From Geosiphon pyriformis uo1 (Eukaryota > Fungi > Glomeromycota): a stretch of DNA of 64,000 nucleotides. The notes beneath the pieces are model-generated. The model was not told the origin of the DNA and made no database searches. It was given only the letters and a program-made list of their open reading frames with translations. The position numbers were made by a program, and so were the translations under genes. This document shows, piece after piece, positions 1 to 10,897 of this stretch (the first letter of the stretch is position 1; every line of letters starts with the position of its first letter). Location of the stretch: assembly GCA_016748015.1 (NCBI GenBank), contig JAAOMT010000675.1:620001-684000 (forward strand). Reading direction: 5' to 3'.

Positions 1-731
1 ACAGACAAAAATTAAATAATGAAACTCGGCTCATATATATCTTTTTGAAAGAAAATATTCAATATTTAAATACCATGTTCAATCTTGCAGCTTTTTAGGG
101 TTTCTATTTAAAGACTCCTTTGTTTCTTAGTCATTTTGAGCTGAACGAATCTCATATTATCCACTTAATTGTAGCTTTGCACAAAGGTAAAGGTGGCCCA
201 AGAAAAATAATCTGTTTCAAGCTTTCACGCTATTAGGAAAATCGGAGTTTGATGATATCATATTTATAGGGTTCATTTCATTTAGAATATGAAAAGTGAC
301 TTTAGAGTAATTATATATGTTTTCTCTAATCAGAAAACATGGAAAATTCTAAGTTATGTAAAAAAAAAAAAGAATTTATAAATAATTATTATAATTATTT
401 TAACTTATTTAGAATCTTGGAAAAATTTTATCGATGTGAATTATTAATATTTTCTGACAAAAATTTTGCATTGTTAAAATTGAGCAGGATTTAAAAATAA
501 ATATCAAGTTTTTTTTATTAAAAAAGATTTTAAAAACAACTTTTAAAGTCTTATAAAAGCAATAATTAAAATCATATCTAATTATCATCTTGAGTCTCGC
601 AATTTAAATAATAATTAAGTTTTCTAGCTTCTTATATTGATTTATTTCAAAAATATAAATCTGGGTGGTTCATTAAATTGCAATGACCACAATTTTTTGG
701 TTTCAGAGTACGTTTTCGTGAGGCTAAAAAA

Positions 732-2437
732 ATGTGGAAGCGTTCAAATATCAAATATATCATTACAGCTTTATTTCTCTTATTAGGAATTCACTACTTA
801 TTCACGTTTACTCACCCAGAAGGTTGGATTTCTTCAAATACTAAGCTTGACGCTTTCTTGGAAGACGAGAAGATATTTCCCCTTTCATCTACCAAAATAC
901 CAATTACAGAAAAGAAAAAAAATGAGCTGAATTATAAAGAACATTTACCTATCAGTTCCATCAATAACTTTACAAACACAACTTGGGCAAATGGTGCATT
1001 TGTCGTTTTAGTACGTAACAGTGACATTCATTCGTTACGTGCTGCCATGCGCGAAGTAGAAGATCGATTCAATCACAAATATAATTATCCGTGGGTATTC
1101 TTGAACGATGGAGAGTTTTCAAAAGAATTTAAGGAACTTTCTAGTGCAATGACTAAGGGAAATACAGAATATGGTATGTTTAAGATTCTCAAACCAACAA
1201 AGCTAACGAAATCCCATCATATTCAAAATTGAATTTTTGCGGTAAAACTAGGGGTAATTCCTAAGGAGCATTGGAGCGTTCCTAGTTGGATTGATTATGA
1301 CAAAGCGAAGAAAATTTTTAAAAATATGGCTGAAGATAAAATTATATATGGGGGGAGCGAATCTTACAGGCATATGTGCAGGTTATTCCCAGAATTATGA
1401 ATGAATATCTTTTGATTTTCATAGCACCTTATTTCTTTAATTGATCTTTCAGGTTTGAATCCGGTTTTTTCTTTCGTCATCCGTTGTTGCACAAATATGA
1501 CTATTATTGGCGAGTGGAACCTGGTGTTCATTATTATTGCGATATTGACTACGATCCTTTTATATTTATGAAAAAAAATGGGATGAAATACGGTCAGTTT
1601 TTTGTGGCTTGTGGCTTACATTCTTGACTTAAACATGTTTGTAATCTGTCATGCTCATTTTTAACTCCAGGCTGGACGATCTCCTTATACGAATACGAAG
1701 GCACTATTAAAACACTATGGTCAACTGTCAAGAAATTCATGAAAGAATACCCGCAATATATTGCGAAGGATAATTATATAGACTTTATTTCATCTGATAA
1801 AGGGGAAACCTTTAACTTGTACGTGGTGTACTTCCAAAGCCTTTTAATTTTTTGAAATGAATAACTCTAAAATCTATACATTCACCCTGCTCTCCTTATC
1901 AGATGTCATTTTTGGTCGAATTTCGAAATCGGTGATTTGAACTTTCTTAGGAGTGAACAATATTTAAAGTATTTTGAATTCCTAGATCAAGCTGGCGGTT
2001 TCTTCTACGAACGGTGAGACACTGTGGGAATTCAGTTTTTTTTATACAATATCTTATGATCATTTGCCTTCATCAGATGGGGTGATGCGCCCGTTCATTC
2101 AATCGCCGCCGCGTTGCTTTTGGAAAAGGGGAAAATTCATTTTTTCAATGATATCGGTTACAAACATGAACCTTTCATGCATTGTCCTACCGACAAAATT
2201 ATACAGCTCAAGTGCCATTGCAACCCCGATGAGAGTTTTGGTGGGCAATTCACATTTCATTGATATTTTGATAAACCTTCGAAACTCATTTTATATTTAT
2301 TTTATTAATTAATAGATAAAAATGGATACAGTTGTACGGGAAGGTAAGCGTCTTTCATAATTCGTCTTAACAAAAATCCACTACTAATGTAATATGGTAA
2401 TGTTTTTTTCAGATGGCATGAAATCATTGGAAAATAA
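732..2437 (+). CDS. Glycosyltransferase family 15 alpha-1,2-mannosyltransferase (KRE2/MNT1/KTR family), type II Golgi membrane protein; 8 exons: 732-1173, 1252-1381, 1453-1592, 1671-1818, 1903-2013, 2077-2240, 2316-2343, 2413-2437
   Basis: All introns are GT..AG and the frame stays open across junctions. N-terminal TM anchor. GT15 motifs: [79 protein letters not shown]. Ends in TAA. Confidence 0.95.
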
Positions 2438-2682
2438 AACAGTCTCACTATCTAATGTATACATGATAATAAAAATAACCTAATAAAAAAAAATCACGAG
2501 AGGTTTTGGAAGGTAGAATCTAAAATCAATTTTTTAATATAGGTTACTTTTTACAACATTATGCCTTATAATCTTCAGTCTTAACTATGAGCTCAAACTC
2601 TACACCTTGATATCCAAACATGGTTTACCATTTCTGTAAAGGAGCAGCTAAGGCCAAGTTGGAATACAATTGCGAAACAGAC

Positions 2683-3869
2683 TCAGTCACCTGATCCTAA
2701 CTGTTGACCTCTTCCCCAATTATGTCCGCGCATAGGGGTCGGAACTTGTGGTGAAGGGGGAATGTAAACCCTCCCATAAGACGTTCTTACCCCATTTGGG
2801 TTAGTATTTAAGGGAAAATATCTATATAACCATTGTGGAGTCTTAATAAATCGAGATCCTCCGGTGGCCGGATATAAATCTTCCAGAAAATAATATAGAT
2901 GTCCGGATATTAGACCAATGACCATTGCCCATGGGATACCCCGCGCGGGTTGTGCGACGTATTCGTATATCAACAAGACAAAAGGGAGATATACAGCCTG
3001 AGATACCCAAAGAGCCAATGGTTATATAGTCTGAAGAAATCAAGAGTAACCATTGATTATCACAAAATATTCACCTTGAAATTAAGTCCGAATAAAAATG
3101 TCACTATCATGTCTCGGTTATGTTGCGACCATAAATATACAATCGCCATTATCAGCGACTTGTTGTATAAATATAAAGGCATGAATATCGAAGTGATCTA
3201 AAGTAAAAAATTGATGTAAATGGATAAATAGAGTCAAGTAAATGAAATGGAATGTCATGATTCAATTATGCAGTCAAATCTCAAATGACAATGAGATCAA
3301 CTAAATTTGATTATGATTCTTTTCATTTTATCCCTTCACCAGAACCAAACGACAGTTTGAAATAAATGCTTGTACGTTCGGGCAGAAGTAGGGAAAAAGG
3401 CTCCAACTCTATTTTGCCTCTTTCAAAAACTGTTGATCTTGGTATTATTATGTGATCCAAAAAGATAAATAAAGGATACAAGGATGAAGATTGATACAAG
3501 CAAAAGAAACCAAGCATAATCAGCAGTCTTTCCCGCAAATTTTGTGTTCTCTAAAATATTTGAATATCGATATAGAAAGTATAATTGAAAGATAAAATCC
3601 AATCCAATACGTTCGTAAAAGAAAGATGTATAAATTCGCCACAACTCTGGAAACGAAAACTATAAAAATTGAAGAAAATCCATAGTGAGCAACTTTTCAA
3701 TATGTATTTTGAACTTTCAACTTACTTTGAAAATCTGATCTGGTATGAAAATGAGATTGCTAGGGTCAACTAATAAAGCTCCCAATAACGTGGTTCCTGT
3801 AAAGCTGCTGAATAAAAATCGTGTACAAGGAGGTATACTGTTATACCAGGTAATTAGTTCTTGATTCAT
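2683..3869 (-). CDS. Derlin (DER1-like ERAD rhomboid pseudoprotease), ~253 aa; 4 exons: 3869-3726, 3659-3480, 3197-3075, 2997-2683
   Basis: MNQELITWYNSIPPCTR start; ELWRIYTSFFY (WR motif); YRYSNILE..F...ADY; VYLWSQ; GLISGHLYYFLEDLYP; C-terminal SHP-like WGRGQQLG. Confidence 0.93.
3198..3479 (-). other. U12-type (minor spliceosome) GT-AG intron, phase 0, derlin intron 2, 282 nt
   Basis: Donor GTATCCTTT matches the U12 5' splice-site consensus RTATCCTT. Candidate branch sites TACTTGAC (3240-3233) or TCCATTTAC. None of the other 18 introns in the window has this donor. Confidence 0.8.
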
Positions 3870-4086
3870 CACTATTTCAGATATTAAAACAAGGAAAGAA
3901 ATTATGAGTTGAGAGAGATACGTAAAAGAAAAAAAGTTGAGCTATCGGATATCATATAATCTATTTGTCAGCCATAAATTTGAAGACACCAATAGTATTA
4001 GACAGTTAAAAGATCAGTGATTCCAGTCTCATTTTCTTTTTGCCATCTTTTGAAATTACACGTTACAAACTCTTTAACTTGTTTAA
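3870..4086. promoter_or_regulatory. 217-bp divergent intergenic region, probable bidirectional promoter of derlin and prefoldin-4
   Basis: Head-to-head ATGs at 3869 (-) and 4087 (+). Confidence 0.6.
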
Positions 4087-4749
4087 ATGTCTGTCTCTCA
4101 AATGCGCATGGTGAAGTCTAACACAAATATTTTATTTAATCCTATGTCCAGACCCAACCCTTTAAACCTAATTATAATGGCTCCCCTTGCAACGTAGATA
4201 AGCAAAGATGACGAAGTAGACGTTGAAGTAACATGGGAAGACCAACAACGTATAAATTCGTTTAGTAAGTTGAACGCCAAGCACTCGGACTTGGAAGAAA
4301 TCTATAATGCAAAAAAGGTATTGAGGCTATGGCATTATCTAACTCATTTTTCCCTCAAATTTCGAATTAATTAAAAAAATTCATTGACTGGAACTAGATA
4401 GAGAGAGAACTTATTGAGGATCTATCCTCGGAACTCGAACTTGCTGATGAGGATAAAGAAATTCCGTAACTTCATTTCGTTTTTAACATCATTATTTGCA
4501 AAAATTGCTCATTTTACCCATTTATCTATCGACTTGTAAAATAATTTAAGGTACAAAATAGGAGACGCGTTCATCTCCTTGACGTTAGAGGAAGTCCAAC
4601 AGCGAATCACCCAGGAATCTGAAGACCTTAGGCAAGAGCTTGAGAATTTGAGAGATGAAATGGTTGCTTTAATGCAAAAAATGAACGAACTCAAGGGTTT
4701 ACTATATGGCAAGTTCGGAAAAGCTATTAATTTGGAGAAGGAATATTGA
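4087..4749 (+). CDS. GIM3: Prefoldin subunit 4 (GIM3/PFDN4); 4 exons: 4087-4110, 4198-4317, 4398-4465, 4551-4749; missed by the ORF track
   Basis: Spliced translation MSVSQMRM-ISKDDEVDVEVTWEDQQRINSFSKLN...EDLSSELELADED..IPYKIGDAF...LKGLLYGKFGKAINLE. All introns GT..AG. Confidence 0.93.
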
Positions 4750-5203
4750 AAGAATGAGTATATGTTTTGAAGAGGGAACGCAGAAGAGTACAGATTAAGA
4801 AGTAAAGTAATTACAGGCAAGCAAAATTCTTAATTTGCTTCCTTATTTAATAGTTTTTGCAAATTAATGATAATTCGAGCCCGAGAAATTTGCACTTTGA
4901 ATTTTTCTAAATTACTAAACCCGAAAAATAGTAAAAGGTTTTATTTAATTGAACATTACGAGAATTTCAATACTATTATCAAGCGAAAACAGCTATAGGC
5001 GTGACCATTTTCATTTGGTTACGTTTAGTAATCTATTTAAAGGATTTAAAAACTAGGAGTGATATATACAAGCTTGTTTCAAAAAGCAAAATATCCATTG
5101 AAAATATTAATTTATGAGGATACGACCATATATTAACAGGGATTTCAATCAAAACCAAATTAACACCCTGAACCCGAGAACACCAATGAAGGAAAAATTG
5201 CTT

Positions 5204-8049
5204 CTACAATTCGTCTGTCAGATGTCGGAGTAACTTTTCAACATCCTTGACATTATCATTGTAATGTTTTGCTTCGGTTTGTTTTTTGCCCACGGTGCTA
5301 GTAATACTCTTCGGATGAGTTTCCTTGAGAAATGAAAAGACCGGCTCGTCCGTTTTTCCATCTCCAATGCAAAGGATGAAATCTACCCCGGATTGATCCA
5401 TATATTGAAAGTCCTTTAAGATAGCACGAACTGCAGTAGATTTGTCAACCAAAGCTGGGCGAACCTCGAGAGTTTTGTTCCCGAGAACAATCTGTAAAAA
5501 TTGCCCAATAATGGGATCAAATAAATTCCATTCTTAGCCGATTGGATTGAAAAATTCCTATTTGAACTAAGATAGGAAAACGCATGAGCGAAAAATAAAG
5601 CTCACCGACAAAGCCATATGACTCAAAACCTTTTCCAGATTAACTTGAAGTTCAGTTGCTTGCCAAGATCCAAACTCAGGATCGGCCATACGATAGTGCC
5701 ACGTCAGGTTGATTTCTTTCTCTTCAATGAAAGATCCAGGAGTCCTTTCAAGATAATGCTGGAATATAGGCCTGATGGCTTCTTTCCATGCTGGATCTAC
5801 TTGCTCTACTAATTTGTACCAGCTATTGCTTTCCTCTTTCAACGTCTTCCCTTCTGCCTGACAGTTACCAATAGGATCCACGTGGCCACGCAACGTTTGA
5901 GGGTGTTTATAAAAGCATCCATGCTCTGCAGAAAGACCTATTCCAGTGGACGAAAACCACTTGTCAAGATGAGAACGTCCCCGCCCAGACAAGATATATA
6001 CATATGTGTCTGGTTTTGATTGCAATTTTTTCAAAATAGAAATGATCGTGTCGCTGGGCTTGGCTAATTCTGGCAATTTGTGTGTAGTCGTCAAAGTTCC
6101 ATCATAATCTAATAAAATAATTTTCTTTTTTGAAGCTTTAGCTGCAGTCAAGGTTTTCTCAATACTCAAACGTGGTATTTGCATATTTTCTCTCACACGC
6201 TGATTAAAATAGAATAGATCAGCGCACGGCTTGCTTTAAAATAAATAATTCATTTGCTTATTTCAAGATTTCCTCTTACTCTCAGTTCATTAACAAAGCG
6301 TAGTCCCCAATAAGCAGCTGTATATTTAGTAACATAGCTGTAGAGCTTTTCATGATTCTTCGCTCTCAATTCAGCAGGCATCATCACCGCATCGTGAATG
6401 CCATTAGCGAGGTCTACGGTGTTCCATGGGTTGACGATGATTGACCCTAAATCCAAACGGGTTTTAATTGGTTTGATACTAGAGAGTGTAGAAAAACAAT
6501 ATTTTGGTTACCGTTCAAGGACTGGGCAGCTCCAGCAAATTCACTCAAAATCAAGACACCATGTGTTCCTTGTTGACAGGAGATATACTCATAGGACACT
6601 AAATTCATGCCATCTCTTGTAGATGAAACCAAACATACATCGGAAATAGCGTACAAGGCGACTAATTCCTCAAAGGCGACGGACTTATGCATGAAATGAA
6701 TCGGCATAAATTCTACTGTTCCAAATTTGCCATTGATTCTTCCAACCAGCTCGTTGACAACAGCTCGTAAATTTTGATACTCTTCTACATCTTGACGAGA
6801 GGGGACTGCCACCTGAACGAGAACTACTTTACCAATCCATTCTGGATGATCACTCAAAAAAACTTCCAAGGCATGAAACTTTTGCGGAACTCCTTTGATA
6901 TAATCCAAACGATCAACTCCTACAATGATTTTTATTCCTTTAAATTTCTCTCGTAAACTCTTTATTCTCTCTTGAATTTTGGGTTGTTTCATGCCCTAAT
7001 GCGTCGGACAAAAACCAGAATGTCAAACTCAGCAGGAAAACAGCAATTTTCCAGTAAATATCACTAAATGCTTACATCTGTAAACTTCTCAGGATCAATC
7101 CCAATAGGGAATGTACCAATCTGAACGTGCCTTCCCTCGAAATCTACGGCATTTGGCATTGTTGACAACCCTAGAATGCGTGTACAGGAGGAGAGAAAAT
7201 GTCGTGCATAGTCGTATGTGTGAAATCCAATTAGGTCACAGTTGAGCACTCCAGTTAGTATTTCCCGGCGAACAGGTAAAATTCTTAAAATGTTTGTGCA
7301 ATAATTATTAATGTCGAAAACAACGAAGAACAGTAAAAACTTTAGATCGGCCCACATACCGATATATTTCGCTACTTGGGAAAGGGGTATGCAAAAAGAA
7401 ACCAATCTTTATGTGCTTTTTTGAAGTCCCTATTTTCTCTCTCAGTAAACTTGGTAATAGCATCAAATGATAATCCTGTACCCATACCAAATCTCCATCT
7501 TTCAAGATATTGTTTATGGCATCTGCGAACTGATCATTAACTTTTTGATAAGCTTCCCAGTCCTGTTCATTGAATGAAATCTCGCCAGGGTGGTAATGAA
7601 ACAATGGCCACAAGATTGAGTTTGAAAACCCATTATAATGGCGATCAGCAAGTTCATCATCAATAAACACAGGAAGGCAGGAATGCTTTGCGAGTTCATT
7701 AGTGACATTTTTCCTTTCACCTTCGGGAACATTGATTCCTTAAATTGGTACAAATTGATCAAGTATTAACTTGCAGAAGTCTTATAAAGAGGAGATATAA
7801 TACTGGAAATGAGACTTTATAAAAAGTTTACTTCCAATAAAATATGATCTTACCAGGCCATCCTATCCAAGTAAATGACATCATTTTCTTGAGGCCACTT
7901 AAAGCACTCACTAAACCACCCGAGGACATTTTAAAATTATAGTCGCTGCCATTTTTTGATATGGTCATTGGAAGACGGTTAGAAACTACAAGCAAACGAA
8001 GATCTGCTTCCCCTGAGGAGCTTTGTAATGAATTATTTTTTTCAGGCAT
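5204..8049 (-). CDS. TPS1: Trehalose-6-phosphate synthase (GT20, TPS1-like) with C-terminal HAD trehalose-6-phosphate phosphatase domain; 7 exons: 8049-7854, 7738-7360, 7283-7076, 6995-6512, 6446-6280, 6199-5606, 5491-5204
   Basis: Synthase motifs VVSNRLP, SSGGLVSAL, HYNGFSNSILWPLFHY, QDYHL, HTPFPSSEIYR, GVDRLDYIKG, RDGMNLVSYEY, SEFAGAA. Phosphatase motifs LDYDGTL, SGR, SAEHG, GDGKTDE. All junctions GT..AG and in frame. Confidence 0.95.
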
Positions 8050-8250
8050 AATTCCCTTTTAGTAACTAAGGTAGAAGATTTTACGTTAGATAATTCAGCT
8101 AATGATTGGAGACCAAAATGCCAGGAGAGTTTTATTGGACTTTTCCATTATAAGAGGGTTGCGTACAAATTGGTTCCGAGAAAACCTAAGTTAAATAATT
8201 GAATCTTGGATTGTCGAAGAACGATATTAAAGGCAAGTAAATTTGAAATG

Positions 8251-8600
8251 TCCTTATATATACTTTTAATAAAACATGTATTGTATAAAAAATTGATTAA
8301 AAAAACTTTGATCACCCAAAAACCTGCTTAATTATTTTTTGAAAATCTGCAAACTTTCTTTTTTTTGACGTCATTGATATATATACCCGATTAGCGATCC
8401 AAGGAATGGGGAAATTGAAGTGCTTTAAACACGTGGTTATTACAGTAATATTACGTTTTTATGACGGAAGCTGAAAATGGCCTAACTCACCTTAGAATTC
8501 GATGATTTATATCATCCATAATATGAAACATTACATAAACATTTCAATAAAAATATTAAAATATGGGGCATGTTGGGAACAAAATAAACATGACGCCACA
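8251..8600 (-). promoter_or_regulatory. TPS1 upstream elements: TATA-like box (~8255-8262), perfect CRE TGACGTCA (8366-8373), E-box CACGTG (8430-8435), half-CRE TGACG (8462, 8591)
   Basis: Motifs read directly, 200-550 bp upstream of the TPS1 ATG; function is inferred. Confidence 0.4.
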
Positions 8601-9249
8601 GAAAGATTTCAGGGAACGCCACGGATTGGTCTTAAACTCTCCCGTTTGTATTAAGCACCAAACAAATTAATTAAAAGTGAAAAGCACCAAAAATCATTTA
8701 TCCAAAAATCTTGGTTGAGCAGTATCTGCATAATTTTTTCATCACTTTGTAGTTAAAAATAATTTGATCGTCTACCTGTTTATTAAAATTTAGCTTATGA
8801 AACAGTGGGTAATTTTTGATTTGATATTTGGTAACACAATCTTGCCATTATAGCACCTTGTTGTTATTGCAATAAAAAAAACTAGAAAGGTACCCGATCA
8901 AATTTTTGGGAAGGAGGATGATGGATTTCATGTTTTAAAACTTTTTATTTGCATATGTTTCAAGATCTCCAACCGTAAAATATTTTTAATCTGGTGAGGC
9001 TTATTAAAATAACACGACCCGCACCCGTTTGTCGTCTTAGAAAAATCGAATCACAAATCAATATTGTAAACAATTATCCATTCATATTAATTGTTCCAGA
9101 ATGTGATATTTCTCGTAATGCAAGCAAGATACATATAAACGCACTCTCATAACTTTACAACATGGACTAATTTGAATTTGTTCGTCAATACTGGAGAGAC
9201 CATCCTGAGGCCAGTGAAAAAGAAGTCAATGATGCGTACAAAAGCAAAT

Positions 9250-10699
9250 ACTATATTAGTTATATTAGTTAGTATATAAAAATATTAATAATATATAAAT
9301 ATTTTGCCAACTATAATATATTCAACTTATTGAAAAAGTTTCAAAAAAACTATTAACAGTTGTGTTTTATTTAATAAAAACAAAAACAAAATTTAATTTT
9401 TATTTTTGCAGAAATTGTTTTATTTTGTATTAAAACCAGTATTATAAAAACTGCTAGTATAAAAACAATTCAGAAATTTTTTTTTAAGAATTAAGAATAT
9501 CATAATTAAACAATAAATTAACAAAACTTACTTAATAGTTTCAAGTTAAAAAATTTTTTAGTTTATCTTAACTTAAACCAAAAAATTGATATTTATAACA
9601 ACAAATATTTAAGAATAATACTTAAAAAAACTTATTCAATCAATATTAAATTTAATTTATAATGTTAAAAAGACCAATTTACAATATTATTACTAAAAAT
9701 ATTACCAAAATTAATTTACAAATGATAATTAAAATTTTACCAAAAGTTATAATACAAATAGTATTATAATTAAATTATACAAAAAAGAAAATAAATATAT
9801 AAAAAAAGTAATTAATTTTAAATATACAAAAAATTTATTAGTTAAAAATTAATAAAAACAACACAAAAAATTTATAATTTTAAATTTACAAAAAAACAAA
9901 TTTTGCCAAAATATTTAAAAAAATACAAATTAATTAAAAATAAACAATTTATTTTATATTCTATAAAAATTAAACATAAAAATTAAGAAAAAAATGAAAA
10001 ATTTAAACTAAATATTTATTTAAATATTTGTTAAATATTTTTATTTTAATAAATAAAAACCAATAAATTAGAGTTTTTATTTTTAATATTACAGATTAAA
10101 TTGTAAATATTTCAAAAAATACCACTATAAAATATTTTAATATAAAATTAAAAATATGTTAAAATTATAAAAAATTCCAAATTTTTGAAAATTATGATTT
10201 ATTATAAAATTATATTTAAATTGTTTTAACTTTAATTGTATTCTCAAAAATTCCAAATTTTTGCAAAAGTATTAATATAAAATGTTTTTAAAAAATAAAT
10301 AATCAAGTTTTGTGTTTTTTATAATTATTATTTTGTTTAATTATAAAATATTCTGTTTTTGTAAATTTATACTTTACAAAAAACATTAAATATTATAAGT
10401 ATTTTATTTAAATAAAATAACATAACTTTTAAAACTTAGTTTATATAAGATTAATTTTTAAAAATTTAGTATAATTTAAAAATTTTTAATGTTTTATTAA
10501 TATTTTATCTATTAAGTTTTTTTATAAAAAATAAAATTATTAAATATTATTATTATTAATAATAATGTTTTTAATTAATTAATCTTATTTATTTTTTGTT
10601 TACAATTAGTTTTATTTAATTATAATTAGTAAGATTTAATGTTGTTTTTTTATTTTTATAATATTATTTAATAGAATTTAATATATAAATATCATTTAA

Positions 10700-10732
<33 letters not shown>

Positions 10733-10897
10733 AATTAGCCAATTATTAATTAAAATATTTAATAATATAAATAATATAAATTTATAAACAATAATTAAGA
10801 AAATATAACATAATAAAATAATATATAAAACACACAATTATGTTTAATTATACAGAATTACTTTTTAAATTATTAAAAAAGTACTATTTATATTATT
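9250..10897. repeat. Extremely AT-rich, CpG-free low-complexity tract; probable end-stage decayed transposon
   Basis: Abrupt compositional shift at ~9250; no ORFs in the track; adjoins the TE array. Confidence 0.5.
10700..10731. repeat. (ATT)10 microsatellite
   Basis: Read directly. Confidence 0.9.

Noticed and set aside
3240-3470. IRE1-type unconventional splice hairpins in the derlin intron
   Set aside because: No CNGCNG 7-nt loop found in either hairpin.
2064-6956. ORFs 2064-2312, 2950-3201, 3323-3538, 4098-4280, 4509-4820, 5618-5812, 6398-6622 and 6774-6956 as genes
   Set aside because: Off-frame or antisense to spliced exons of the four real genes.
9250-10897. Mitochondrial or Mollicutes-endosymbiont DNA insertion (very low GC)
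   Set aside because: No recognisable genes or RNAs; composition matches end-stage decay of neighbouring TEs.
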